64,000 nt of DNA, taken from the NCBI RefSeq assembly GCF_963921235.1, contig NC_086097.1, positions 209,748,001 to 209,812,000 on the forward strand. The letters run 5' to 3'. Origin of the DNA: Mobula hypostoma (lineage: Eukaryota). The notes below the pieces were generated by a model, which was not told the origin of the DNA, searched no databases, and saw only the letters and a list, made by a program, of their open reading frames with translations. Of the stretch, positions 10,835-25,040 are shown one piece after another; positions within the stretch are counted from its first letter, which is position 1; each line of letters starts with the position of its first letter. Made by a program: the position numbers and the translations under genes.

Positions 10835-13800
10835 TAAGAATATAAGAACATAAGAAACAGGAGCAGAAGTAGGCCATCCGGCCCATCCAGCCTACCCCGC
10901 CATTCAATAAGATCTTGACTGATAGTCCGTAAACTCAGCTCCATCTACCTGCCTTTTCCCCATAACCCTTAATTCACCTACTATGTAAAAATCTATCTAA
11001 CTGTATCTTAAATATATTTAGTGAAGAAGCATTAACTGCTTCCCTGGGCAGAGAATTCTACAGATTCACCACTCTCTGGGAAAAACAGTTTCTCCTCATC
11101 TCCGTCCTAAATCTTCTCCCCTGAATATTCAGGCAATGTCCCCTAGTTCTAGTCTCACCTACCAATGGAAACAACTTTCCTACTTCTATCTTATCTATCC
11201 CTTTCAAAATTTTGTATGTTTCTATAAGATCCCCTCTCATTCTTCTGAGTTCCAGAGAGTATAGTCCCAGGCAACTCAATCTCTTCTCATAGGTTAACCC
11301 CTTCATCCCTGGAATCAACCTGGTGAATCTCCTCTGTACTGCCTCCAAAGCTAGTATATCCTTCCTCAAGTATGAAGACCAGAACTACACATAGTACTCC
11401 AGGTGCGGCCTCACCAATACCCTGTATAGTTGTAGCATGACCTCCCTGCTCTTAAATTCAATCCCTCTAGCAATGAAGGCCAACATTCCATTTGCCTTCT
11501 TAATAACCTGTTGTACCTGCAAGCCAACCTTTTGCGATTCATGAACAAACACTCCCAAGTCCCTCTGCACAACAGCATGCTGCAATCTTTCACCATTTAA
11601 ATAAAAATCTGCTCTTCTATTATTCCTTCCAATGTGGATGATCTCGCATTTACCAACGTTGTATTCCATCTGCCAGACCTTGGCCCACTCACTTAACCTA
11701 TCTATATCCGTCTGCATACTCTCCACATCCTCTGTACAATTTGCTTTTCCACTCAGTTTAGTGTCATCAGCAAATTTTGCTATGCTACACTCAGTCCCCT
11801 CTTCCAAATCATCAAAGTAAATGGTAAACGGCTGCGGGCCCAGCACCAACCCATGCAGCACCCCACTCACCACTGACTGCCAACCGGAGAAACATCCATT
11901 TATACCAACCCTCTGCCTTCTATCAGTTAACCAATCCACTATCCATGCCAATACACTTCCTCCGACTCCATCCATCCGTGTCTTATTTATAAGTCTCTTG
12001 TGCAGCACCTTATCAAACGCCTTCTGGAAATCCAAGTATACGACATCCACCTGTTCCCCTCTATCCACTACACTCATTATGTCCTCAAAGAACTCCAGTA
12101 AGTTTGTCAAACAGGACCTGCCCTTTCTGAATCCATGCTGCGTCTGTCTAATGGAACCACTCCTTTCCAAATGTTTCGCTATTTCTTCCTTAATGACAGC
12201 TTCAAGCATTTTCCTGACTACGGATGTTAAGTTAACTGGCCTATAGTTGCCTGTCTTTTGCCTACATCCTTTTATAAAAAGTGGCGTGACATTTGCTCTC
12301 TTCCAATCTGCCAGGACGCACCCAGAGTCTAGAGAATTTTGGTAAATGATTACCAACATGTCTACTATAACCTCCGCCAATTCCCTCGGCACCCTGGGAT
12401 GCATCCCATCAGGACCAGGGGACTTATCTACCTTCAGGTCCTCTAGTTTGCTCATCACTATCACTTTAGTGACAGTGATTTTATCGATGTCCTCTCCTCC
12501 CATTTCGTCCATAACATCCTTCTGTGGCATATCAGATGTGTCCTTCACTGTGAAGACCGACACAAAATAGTCGTTCAGTGCCTCAGTTATTTCCTTATCA
12601 CCCAATATTAATTTCCTCTTATCATCTTCCAAGGGACCTATGTTGACTTTAGCCACCCTCTTCCACTTTATATATTTATAAAAACGTTTGTTATCTGTTT
12701 TTATACTTTGTGCTAATTTACTTTCATACTCTATCTTCCCTTTTCTTATTTCTTGTTTAGCTGTTCTTTGTTGCTTTTTAAAGTTTTCCCAATCCTCCAG
12801 TCTCCCACTACTCTTTGTGACTTGGTACATCTGAGTTTTTAATTTGATACTATCTTTTATTTCCTTAGTTATCCAAGGCTGGCTCTCCCCACACTTACTG
12901 TCCTTACTTTTGACTAGAATATACTGCTGTTGAGCACCGTGAAAAATCTCTTTGAAAGTATTCCACTGTTCCTCAACTGTCCTAGCAAATAGCCTGTGCT
13001 CCCAAGCCACATTAGCCAACTCCTCCTTCATCCCGTTGTAGTCTCCCTTCTTCAAGCATAATACACTAGTTTTAGGTCTAACTATTTCATCCTCTATCTG
13101 TATGCGAAATTCAATCATACTATAATCCCTCTTTCCAAGAGGATCCCTGACTACAAGATCGTTAATCTTACCTGTCTCATTGCACAGGACTAGATCTAAG
13201 ATAGTATTTTCCCTTGTGGGTTCACTATCATGCTGCTCAAGAAAGCCATCACAGATGCATTCTATGAAGTCCTCCTCAAGACTTCCATGACCAACCTGAT
13301 TCACCCAATCTATGTGGAAGTTAAAATCCCCCATGACAACTGCCGTTCCATTCTTACAATCCTCAGTTATTTCTTGGTTAATCGCCTCTGCCACTGCAAT
13401 ATTTTTATTAGGTGGTTTATAGACAACACCCACCAGTGACTTTTTTCCCTTTGCTATTCTTAGTCTCTACCCAGATGGACTCAACATTCTGCTCCGTAGA
13501 TCTTATATTGTCTCTCACAATCGCCCTGATCTCATCCCTAATCAAGAGTGCCACCCCACCTCCTTTGCCTTCCGGCCTATCTTTCCGTATTACCTGATAC
13601 CCTTCGATATTTAATTCCCAGTCATCTCCACCTTGCAACCAGGTTTCTGTAATGGCCAGTAAATCATATGCCTTGGCACTGATCTGTGCCACAAGTTCAC
13701 TAACCTTGTTTCTAATACTACGGGCATTTAGATAAAGTGCCCTTATACTCATTGTCCTTTTAGAATCTAGTGACCTATGCAATTTTTGCTTTTTACTTTT

Positions 13801-14460
13801 ATACACTCTACTCTTTACTCTTACTTTTTTCTTCCCTAACTCTGGTTTTGGTCTCTGCAACACTTCCCTCTTCTTTTCTGCGTGGGTTCTCATCCCCCTG
13901 CCATATTAGTTTAAAGCCTCCCCAGCAGTGCTAGCAAACAATCTCCCTAGGACATTGATCCCGGCCCTGCCCAGCTGTAGACTGTCCGGACAGTACTGGT
14001 CCCACCTCCCCCAGAAGCAGTTCCAATGCCCCAAGAATCTGAAACCCTCCCTCCTGCACCACCGCTCAAACCACATATTCATTCTAGCTATCCTGCTATT
14101 CCAACTCTGGCTAGCACGTGGCACCGGTAGTAATCGTGAGATGATTACCTTTGAGGTCATACTCTTTAATTTATTTTCTAGCTCCCTAAATTCAGCTTGT
14201 AGGACCTCATCCCACTTTCTTCCTATATCGTTACATGCGCCACGACAGCTGGCTGCTCACCCTCCCCTTTCAGAATGCCCTGCATTCTGACCCTCTGACA
14301 TCTCTGATCCTTGCACCCGGGAGGCAACACACCATATGGGAGTCCTGTTTGCGGCCACAGAAGCTCCTCTCCATTCCCCTTACCATGGAATCCCCTACCA
14401 CAACAGCTCCGCCACTCTTTTTCTTGCCCTCATGCACAGCAAAGCCACCCACAGTGCCAT
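10835..14460 (-). mobile_element. Long CR1 LINE (ORF1 SGNH esterase part plus nearly complete ORF2 APE+RT), few disruptions
   Basis: ORF1 pieces 14270..14512 (VVVGDSMVRG..CCLPGARIRDV) and 13906..14160. ORF2 pieces 13417..13893 (LYLNARSIRNK, AITETWL), 11385..13433 (GDFN, YLDFQKAFD, KFADDTK) and 11058..11369. (TTCTTAT[G/A])n tail at about 10835-10857. Confidence 0.95.
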
Positions 14461-17204
14461 GAATAGGAAGATAATCAAGGTGCATGCAGACAGTGTAGGA
14501 AACTTCAGCCAAGGTAGTAGATTAACAATCACCTGATAACGGATGGAATAGCTTGAATGGTCAATTAGACTACTGCTGTTCCTATTTCATTTGTGTTTTA
14601 TACAAAAGGACCTTGAGGAATCAGACTGATTTTGGACAGTTTTTAACATATTAACAGTGACAGCAAGGAAACTTTGGGGACATTTCTACTACCTGTTAGC
14701 TCAGACTGTATGAAGCTAAATGAGGAATCACATTCCTCACTTTTCTTCACACAGTCAGAGCTACTGTACAATCCACACTGCTTTATTGGTGTGAGAATCA
14801 GTGGTAAAACAGCTGCAGATATCTCACGCTTCCAGTGCCAAAATCCTATGGGCAATCGTAACACACAGCAGAGACCAGGATCAGCTCTTACAAGTGTAGG
14901 GGAAGATTTTCTAAATTAGAAACATCTTACAATTTTGAATACCACAAAAGTTCTGGCAAAGCATTTGTTTTAAGTCTGTTGTTGTTCTACCTGGGCTTAG
15001 TTTCTGCAGATTTCCGCAGGAACAAATAACTAGCAGCTTTTTGTACTACCCCTTAAACTTCACCCACTGTTAAAGGATTGCCAGAAGGATATCAAATATT
15101 CTGTATGATCTTTCTTTTGTATGCTGTTGTTGTGGATGATGAGGAGTGCCACAGAACATATCAAAGGACACTTTTGCAGAACTTGCTACAAAAAGTATTA
15201 CCCATGTCTTTACTGAAGTCTTCTGTGGATCAATATCTTTGTAAGAGCCTGATGACCTTACTGAAACATTGCAAAGGCAGTGGTTGAAAACTTATGGGTG
15301 AAGTGAAGCGGATGAGGAAATGACAGGAGCTGAGTGCAGCCCCCACAGATACTTTTAGTGACATAGAATTGTATATATTAGAAGGCAGTAAGTAAGTGAA
15401 GAATAGTGCTGTTGGATGCAGAGAAATCAGGAACGCTGGAGGAGTGAATTAGAGTGAAACCACTAAAGGACATAATTTTACTAGTGATAGAGAGTACCTT
15501 TCTCCAACACACCTCCATATTTCTTATCTATTTCTCATAAAAGTTCAAAGAGAAATACTGAAAGTAAAAATAGTAAGATGGAACAGTTAAGCCATCTGAA
15601 ATTAGATTCTTCCTTTTGGGTGATATTAATATCTCTGGTTTGAGTCTTACAACTTCTCACCTTTTAATCAGCCACTCTAGCTGCTGAAAATATCCAAACA
15701 CCAATCTTTAATGACCAGAGGGAAAAGATATCAAAAGGAAGAAAATTAAAGTAATATAATTACTTAAACTGCTTATTAAATACATATTTAATAAGTATTG
15801 ATATTTCAGTAATGGATTTCCTTCAAAATCATCCCTAGCTAATATCACTGAATGTTATCTGGTAACTGTTTGGCAATACAAAGGTGTGAGGGAATGAAGT
15901 TTCAAATGGAAAAAGCCAACAGTTGGGAAGTGAGGAAGCAGTGAGATGGTTAATGATAGAATTTGGAGTGTCAGTATTTAGGTGTTCACTCACCATTTTA
16001 TGAAAGGGACAAGAGGGTTCAGACTGATTGGAGATAATTGGCAGTTGGGTTGTTCAGGATAGTTAGAGGCAGGACTTTTAGATTAGTTGGGGATTCAGGT
16101 GCTAGGAACAATTTACTGAAGGGATGGGTGCACTGTGGGTTAAATGCAAAGATTGTAAGGTATGGACATGAACCTTAGTAAGACTTAACTGAGTAACGTT
16201 CATAAAACTGAGCTGTCCAGGAGTGATGATTGAAACTGGAAGATTACGTCATTTGATGTGCTTCTTTTGCAAAAAATTTGAAAGCCTCCAGAATGGTTTC
16301 TTCCTCTCACTTGGATGGATACAGTTTACTCAGTGAGCTGAGAATATGAATGGCTTGCATTGCTTGAAATAGCATTGTTTCTGATAAGCACCACGCTAAT
16401 GATTTTGATGCAACTGCAGGAGTTCAATTCCAGAATCTATATTTGGATGCAAAAGGTGCAAGTAAGTTCTCAAATCGTCTCATCTTCTGGAGCCTTACCA
16501 GTCTCTGCCTCATGGGAGTTTCAGATGTGGTTTGCACACCTGCAAGAAACAGTCCAAACAATTCCTCATCTGAATTTCTAATATCTTTGCAACACTGACA
16601 TCATCATAGCTTCTATAACTATTGACCTCATATTTACTGCTTGTGAAACCTAATGATATGAAGGAACAAGAGTCTGTTTAATCCTATCTGATTTCCTGAT
16701 GGACAGGACTTCCACCAGAAATAGTTGCTGCACAGAAAAGCTTACAAAATAACTACTCTTTAATCTAAAATTCTTGCTTTTGTGATCTGTAATATCTTCA
16801 TAAAAGTTTTGAGGCATAGTCTATATACCCAAAAAGGTTAGGACCAGCATAAAGGACAATTCCTTTAACAATTTTCATGTTGAAACTTTAAACTAGCAAG
16901 TTGACTGTTCTGGGTATCTGGAGCAGCATTATATTTCCACAGCATCCATCCAGCATGAAACATTGTCAGCCTCAAACAACTGATTCAATTCATGGTTAGT
17001 CCATGGGGATTTCTAAAGCATAAATAAATTAAAGTTCTATTTTGTCCAGCATATTTATTTGTTGTCTAACTTAAGTGACTGAATGTGTCTCATTTGATAA
17101 TTCAGCTCATGAGAACAATCATTAGAGATTTTTTTTGAAAGCTGTTCTGAATCTTTTAAACGAGAGTTCTGCATCTGTTGTCATTCTACATGTAGGCTGA
17201 AAAT

Positions 17205-17700
17205 TATAGAGAAATATTGCACGGAAACAAACCCATAAGACAATAGGAGCAGAATTAGGCTATTCAGCCTATCACATCTGCTCCACCTTTCGATAATGGC
17301 TGTTCTTTTATCCCTCTCAACCCCATTCTTCTGCTTTCTCCCCATATCCTTTGATGCTTTTACTAATCAAGAACCTGTCAGCCTCCACTTTAAGTATACC
17401 CAATGGCCTAGCCCACTGAATCTTCGACAGCCATCAAGCACCCACTTATGCTAATCCTACCCTAACCTGCCAACTCTGCCCACCCACCAAATCCTATAAC
17501 TCATCTACATGAAAGGGCAATTTATTATAATTGGTTAACCTATCATGTTTTTGGGAATATCAGGGGAAAACGGCGCACCGAATGATATAGTCGCAGAGAG
17601 ACCGTGTGGACTCCACATAGACAGCACTGAAGGTCAGAATCAAACTTGGATCACTGAGCTGTGAGGCAGAACCTTATCTGGCTCTGCTACTGAGTTGCCC
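17205..17700 (-). mobile_element. V-SINE/HE1-like SINE interrupted by a CR1 3' fragment (about 17234-17420)
   Basis: V-core remnant GGAAAACGGCGCACCG..GACTCCACATAGACAGCAC. The CR1 end CATAAGACAATAGGAGCAGAATTAGGC lies inside it. Confidence 0.55.
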
Positions 17701-17945
17701 ACAATGCCCATCCAACAGCAAGCAAAGTGCTCTCCTTCTGTGCCATAAACCTCTATGAGCATGGAGCAAAAGATAATTTTAGATAAGATTTCAACAAATA
17801 TTGCTACAGCTTTTGCATTTTGTCTTGTTTCTTTTGCTATGTTACAAATGATATTTTTGACAGGAGGCATAATCTAGTCTTTCTGTTTTGAAAAAACTCT
17901 GCAGAACAGGCTTTTGTATTGGAGTGGAGCTTGTAGCACAATTTA

Positions 17946-18312
17946 CAATAGACAATAAACAATAGGTGCAGGAGTAGGCCATTTGGCCCTTCAAGCCAGC
18001 ACCGCCATTCACTGTGATCATGGCTGATCATCCACAATCAGTACCCCATTCCTGCCTTCTCCCCATATCCCTTGACTCTACTATCTTTAAGAGCTCTATC
18101 TAACTCTTTTTTTGAAAGCATTCAGAGAATTGGCCTCCACTGCCTTCTGAGGCAGAGCATTCCACAGATCCACAACTCCCTGGGTGAAAAAGTTTTTCCT
18201 CAACTCCGTTCTAAATGGCCTACCCTTTATTCTTAAACTGTGGCCTCTGGTTCCGGACTCCCCCAACATCGGGAACGTGTTTCCTGCCTCTAGCATGTCC
18301 AATCCCTTACTG
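17946..18312 (-). mobile_element. CR1 3' fragment with (CTATTGT)n-type tail
   Basis: ORF 18096..18302 (TRGHSLRIKGRPFRTELRKNFFTQGVVDLWNALP). Confidence 0.85.
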
Positions 18313-19479
18313 ACTCTGAAAAACAGTAATGGCTGTTATTTCATAACATTTCACACTGTAGCCATTTTTAAAAAGAAAAATGCTGATGTCATTGCAGAGA
18401 ATTATTCTAACCAGTGGTTCTTGTTAGGTTTTCCCTCTTTTCCAAACGAATTAAGTACCAACCTTTGTAAATGTGTGTTTGTGTCAACACCTCTTAAAGT
18501 GCACCTACTGTAGAATTGAACTGCAGTCAATCTGAAGGGTGTAATACTCTGAGGGGACAATAAAGTAATTAACAAGCTAGAGCTTCAGCTGTAGACAAAA
18601 AAAAAGAGAATGGCTTCCCTTTTGATAAGGTTGAAAGAAAAGTGCAGTTTTCAATTTTCTTGCATCTAATTTACATTAAGGTATTCAGCCTCAGGGTATA
18701 ATGTTGTATTTAACCAGGATTTGGCATAGCAAGAACTACGCACAAATGAACAAAATTTGTATTCAAGGCAGTGAAGTCTGGATTTGCATTCACATCTGCA
18801 TGTTTTTTGAGTGGATTAGCTATCAGTCTTGAATCTGGCTATACATTAAGCACATAACACTATGCTGCTGCCCCGACCTCACTGGTTCTTACAAATTGAT
18901 TTTTCTATATAGCCTTTGTCTGTGGAGAAAGACCTTGTTTTCATGGTAGTTTAGTTCTGTCTGAATTGCAACTTCTGAACAATTTTTTGGCAATGTCACC
19001 CTTGACCAAAGAATTTTGTCTTTCTTCTGAAGAGCTAAACTGCACCTTTATCAATGTAAGGCATCACTTTTTAGGACAGTTGAACTGTTTGTCCAGCATT
19101 CTTGCCTTGAGCTGTTGTTAGTCAGCACATCATTTCAGTCTATTGAAAGTTTATCGACTTTCGGCCATAGTTCTTTCTATCAAAGCATCCATAAAAGGCA
19201 TTGAGCTCACCTGGGAGCTAGGCTAACTGCTTGCTGAAGACTCAGAATGTTCTTGTGGTACTCTTCCACACATATCCTTATGGCATATTCTTTTAGGTCG
19301 GCAGATGAATACTTGAATATACTGCAGTCCACCAACTCAAAGTAGTCTCGAATTTATTCCTCTGCTTCTGCTATCTGGCTCTTAGGTCTCTACAAAGAAG
19401 CACCTCGTCATCAGGCTCTTCTGACCCTGTCTATGTGCAGACAGGAGCATAGCCAGATGGTCAAGGAATGGGATAAAAG

Positions 19480-19564
19480 CAGAGATTCCAAGGTTCAGAG
19501 GGCCTATGAACCTCTCAGTTAATGGTAGGGGTCCATGGGATTAAAAAAAGGTTGGGAACCCCTG
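19480..19564. mobile_element. Short hAT (Charlie-like) MITE
   Basis: Ends CAGAGATTCCAA.. and ..AGGTTGGGAACCCCTG. The 8-bp flanks GATAAAAG and GTTTAAAG match at 6/8. Confidence 0.45.
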
Positions 19565-22140
19565 GTTTAAAGGACTTGGGGGGGGGGTATTGAATAAATT
19601 AAAGAAACTGAAGTGGAGATGAGGAAGAAATTTAGTCAGACTGGAGTTAAATATTAGAGCAGGTTAATGACCTACTGTATATATTTTACTCCTGACCCCC
19701 CATCTCAAATTGGCACTTTGCCAAGTACTTTACTATTCAAACACATTGAATAATGTAAAGTTACTGCACTTCATCAACATGATAGAAATTTGCGAAGATT
19801 TCAGGACTACTCATTGTTTATTACAGTGTGATTACCTTTCTAAATCTAGACTCTAGTTTTTAGTTGATTTGATCAGTTTTATCTCTGTCTTTAATGTCTT
19901 CAGCCTATGGATATTATATTCTATACATGATTTGCCCTTTAGTTCAATCTTTTTAACTGATACTGCATGATTTTCATGGCTTGCTCCACCTCTCATTTAC
20001 CGTAAATTCCAGTGCAAAATCCCATCAAAGGTTTGTGGCCAAGTGTGATTATAATGAATGACTGACTTCCTTTACCAACATGCTGCTAGAATTACAATCA
20101 GGTCTATTGTCTAAATATAGAAAGAAATATGTAAAAGAAGAGAATGGAAAGTAAGACTTTTTTAAAGGATCATATTTTTTAAAGAAATCTATATTTGAAA
20201 TCTCTTTAACTATTCAAAACCTACCTGAAAGAAAGAGACCATTCATAATTATTCACATTCTGAGAAAGGGATTGATTGGCAGTCATTAGCAGTCATCATG
20301 GTAGTAAAACGATACTTACACTGTTAATTACAGGAGAGTTGTCTGTGGCGAGTTTAATGAGCAATTAACATACAGATGCAGCAATTTCATGAAAATTACA
20401 GGGAGGTAATGTGCGAAATGCCATTCTTTTGCAAAGCTAATGGTAGGAGTAGCAGAAAATACCCGATGGTAATGTGTCCATTCTTCACAACACGTTGCTG
20501 CTAAATTTCACCTTAATATCAGTGTTTTCTTCTCCCAGGTGAATGTAAACAATGTTTTTTTCTCTGGAATTAGCAAATAGTTTTCTAAAGTCTTTCTTTC
20601 CAGTAGGTAGCAAGTTGAAGTGCAACGTATGAACTGCATGTACAGCATTTGAAGCACAATCTGAAGATTCTTTATGCATTAAATCTTCAGGCATAAAGTG
20701 ACTCTAATCATCTGAGGAATTAATGAGCTATTATAGATTCTCCTACGAATTGTGGAGAAATAATCATTGAAGTGATGTAATTTTGTATATCACTTCCTGT
20801 TGGTAGTAATCGGAATCTTTGTGGGTATCCCTACAATATACTTACTGCCTGATATTTAAGACTTAAAGATTTTGGTGTTCAGCTCAAAACCAGAATGTAA
20901 ACAGGAGATAATAATAAGGACACTCTTCCACAATCCTACCTCATATGGTTAGGGATTGAGACTAGATTTTATTGTAAGCCACTGCTATCTAACTACATGT
21001 TTCCCCGCCCATAATATCTAGCTTGAGGCTGTATTTCATTTTCTATTTCTGCCATGTAAGAGGTTGCAGTTGACTCAGGGGAGCAATCACTGTCAGCTTT
21101 CTTTTAGCACCAATAATTTATCCACAAGGTCACCAAGGTTATCCAGTAATTCAGAGAAATGGACGGATGACAGTTTGGGTGCCAATCCTGCCCTTTCCCA
21201 AAGGAGAAAACACCATTCAATCCAGTAACTCCTGTAAATGAAAAAAAAATCAGTATATTTTTAGTTTTATTAATTAATTATCTCTTCTGTAATACAGTTG
21301 AATGCTTTTTTAACCATTTTTCCACAACTGAGAGATGGCTAATGATAGTTAATTGTGAAATGAGGGTTCAGGGTGTACTGCAATTATAGGCAATTGGAAG
21401 AAAATTGTTTGTGAACGAAGTACTGGCCTTTATCGTCATAGGCTTCTATATGTAGGAATAAATTCTCAACTTTCTACATTACGAAAACTATGCACATTTA
21501 TCCTTGCCTAGAGAATGTTCTAAAATGCTTAATGGTTGTAGCGAGACATTAACCACATACTGCAATGTACATAGATTGTTTTATAGATATGAAAGTAGTT
21601 GTTGTTTTTACCCACAGTTAAAGACAGACAAGCCTTTCTTTAAAATGGTCATGTATTTGAACAGGGTGAATTCCCTTACTGACACCAATATTACAAAAAT
21701 ATACTATTAGTATGTGATAGCAAATCTAGAATGAGAGGAATTGAAATGAAAGCAACAATAAATCTCTGTTAACTAATCCAATTTTTCAGTAATTATGAAA
21801 CATAAAAAATGAAATTGTGCACTGCCCAGAGTTCAAATGTTGTCTTTCTTTCATTATACTCCTCTCAGTCCTTGTATATGCATGGGGTAATTTTGAAAAA
21901 AGTCCTGAGTACCCTAGGAAATGTTGGGCATTAGGTAGTGTAATGAAACAGAAAGTGATCTCAGCGAATAAGGGCATAATTCGTTGAAAGTGGTATCACA
22001 GCTCAACAGGTTGGTGAAAAAGGCATTTAGAATTCTGGCCTTCATCAGTCAGGGCATTAAATATATAGGAGTCGGGACATTGCGCTGCAGTTGCATAAGT
22101 CATTTATGAGACCACATTTGGAGTAGTGGACAATTTTAGG

Positions 22141-22960
22141 CCATAAGACAAAGGAGCATAAGTCGGCCATTCGGCCCATTGAGTCTGCTCCGCCATTTTA
22201 TCAAGAGCTGATCCATTCTCCCATTTAGACCCACTCCCCCACCTTTTCACCATAACCTTTGATGCTCTGGCTACTCAGATACCTATCAATCTCTGCCTTA
22301 AATACACCCAATGATTTGGCCTCCACTGCCGCCCGTGGCAACAAATTCCATAGATTCACCGCCCTCTAACTAAAAAAATTCCTTCGCATCTCTGTTCTGA
22401 ATGGGCACCCTTCAATCCCTAAGTCATGCCCTCTCGTACTAGACTCCCCCACCATGGGAAACAACTTTGCCACATCCACTCTGTCCATGCCTTTCAACAT
22501 TCGAAATGTTTCTATGAGGTCCCCCCTCATTCTTCTAAACTCCAAGGAGTACAGTCCAAGAGCGGTCAAACGTTCCTCATATGTTAACCCTCTCATTCCC
22601 GGAATCATTCTAGTGAATCTTTTCTGAACCCTCTCCAACGTCAGCACATCCTTTCTTAAATAAGGAGCCCAAAACTGCACACAGTACTCCAAGTGAGGTC
22701 TTCCCAGTGCCTTATAGAGCCTCAACATCACATCCCTACTCCTATACTCTATTCCTCTAGAAATGAATGCCAACATTGCATTCGCCTTCTTCACCACCAA
22801 CTCAACCCGGAGGTTAACTTTAAGGGTATCCTGCACGAGGACTCCCAAGTCCCGTTGCATCTCAGAACTTTGAATTCTCTCCCCATTTAAATAATAGTCT
22901 GCCCGTTTATTTCTTCTACCAAAGTGCATAACCATACACTTTCCAACATTGTATTTCAAT
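22141..22960 (-). mobile_element. CR1 3' fragment, relatively young
   Basis: ORF 22366..23040 (YNVGKCMVMHFG..RDLGVLV..RPHLEYCVQFWAP..TRGH) is uninterrupted within the element. Confidence 0.9.
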
Positions 22961-23106
22961 GTATTGAACATTGTATTTTTGGTCAACCTATTATAACAAA
23001 GATGCATTAGAACTGCATAGAGTGTAGAAAAGATCTCCAAGGATGTTTCCAGACCTAAAGGGCCCGAGTTATTGGCAGAGGTTGACCAGGCTAGATCTTT
23101 ATTCCT

Positions 23107-23156
23107 GGGAATGTAGGAGTGACTTTATAGAGGGAATGTAGGAGTGACTTTATAGA
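23107..23156. repeat. Perfect 25-bp tandem duplication
   Basis: GGGAATGTAGGAGTGACTTTATAGA x2. Confidence 0.9.
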
Positions 23157-25040
23157 GGTTTGTAAAATCACGAGTGGCATAGATAAAATGGATGGTAGCA
23201 GATTTTCCCCAGGGTAGGGGAGACCAAAACTTAGAGGCATAAATTAGGGAAAGAGGGGAGTGATTTAAAAAGGACCCAATAGTAACATTTTCACACTGTG
23301 GGCGGTGAGTATATGGAATGAGCTGCCAGACAAAATGGCTGGGGCAGGTACAATAGTATTATTTAGGAAGCACTTGGATAAATACTTAGAGGGGTAAGGC
23401 TTAGAGGGATATGGGTCTAATGCAGGATGTTGGGACCAGGTGGATGGGTACCATAGTGGGAGGGCCTGTAGTCGTGCTGTATTGCCCTATCACTCTATGG
23501 CTCCAGTTAGTTGCAAAATCTATTACTCAGCTTTAAATTTCAAGTTGGCAATAATCACATTATTCTGGACTTGTCTCAGATGATTCTAACAGAGCATAGT
23601 TCAAGGGAATATATGTCAGAGACTGGCAAAATATGGCCAGGGTGGCTGTGCCACACGCTCTGAGCACAGCTTTTCTTTGGCGATGCAGAATCATTCTTCT
23701 CAAGTCAATCATGTACAGTGACAGTACAACGTAAAAGTTGCTTCTTCTTTTGTTGGCTTCACTGGAGCAAAAAAATGAGTCCCATTTAAGCTTACTTAAC
23801 AAGTCTAAAGTCTCCTGAGAAATGGAAGCATAGCTCAGCAAAGTCACCATTGAATTGTTAAAGGGAGCAGAATATTGTTTTGTGATCCGTAGGTAAGTCG
23901 GCACATTCTGATGAACTCTTTATATGCCATTTGTGTATTAAATGGACACAGGACCTAAGCCTCGTTTGGTCCAGTTTCTCAAGAGGTCAAGCTCAGAAAC
24001 TTTGTTGTTGGGAATTAGGGAATATTCTGGAGTTATAAGAACACAAGGCATAAGAACAGATTTAGGACATTCATACATCGCGTCTACACCGGTATTCCAT
24101 CATAGCTAACTTATTATCCCTCTCAACCAAATCCTCCTGTCTCTGACACCCTGACTAATCAACCCCTCCATTTTAAATATACTCAATGACTTAGTCTCCA
24201 CAGCCATCTGTGGCAATGAATTCTACAGATTAACAGCTGTCAGGTTTAAGGAATTTTTCCTCATCTCTGTTCTAAATGGACATCTCTCTATTCTGAGACA
24301 GTGCCCTCTGGTCCTAGACTCACCCACTGTAGGAGACATACTCTCCAATCCACTCCATCTAGGCCTTTCAATATTCAATAGGTTTCATCTTAGATATTTT
24401 GCCTTAAGGAAACCATGCCAACTTTGGCCTATTTTATTATGTGCCTCCATGTACCCCGAAAACTCATTTTTAATAATGGACTCCAACACCTTCCCAATGA
24501 GTGAAGTCAGGCTAGTTGACATATAAATTCCATTCTTCTGTCTCCCTCCCTTCTTAAAAAATGGAGTGATATTTGCAATTTTCGAATAATCCGAAACCAT
24601 TTCAGAATCTAGTGATTCTTGAAAGATCATTACTAATGCCTCCACAAACTCTTCAGCAACCTCTTTCAGAACCCTAGGGTATAGCCTATCTGGTCCAGGT
24701 GACCTTTCTTCTTTCAGACCTTACGGCTTCCTAAGCACCTTCTCCTTAGAAATAGCAATTATGCTCACATGCCCCCTGACACTCTCGAATTTCATAGCAT
24801 ACTGCTAATGTCTTCCACAGTGAAAACTAACACAAAGTACTTACTAAGTTTGTCCACCATTTCTTTGGCCCCAATTACTATCTCACCACTGTCATTTTCT
24901 AGTGGTCAGATATCCACTCTCTCCTCTCTTTTTCTCTTTATATATCTTTAAAAACTTCTGGTATCGTCTTTGATATTATTAGCTAGTTTACCTTCGCATT
25001 TCATCCTTTTCTCTTCTTATGGCTTTTTAGTTGCCTTTGG

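Larger units (their letters stand above)
21975..23500 (+). mobile_element. Old CR1 3' fragment split by a younger antisense CR1
   Basis: CR1 C-terminal sequence (GGTGAAAAAGGCATT..CTGGCCTTCATCAG) stops at 22140 and resumes at about 22975 through a CR1 3' end. Confidence 0.65.

Noticed and set aside
11632..13597. Plus-strand ORFs opposite CR1 ORF2 (likewise at 3849, 38167, 43489)
   Set aside because: Antisense shadows of LINE coding sequence.
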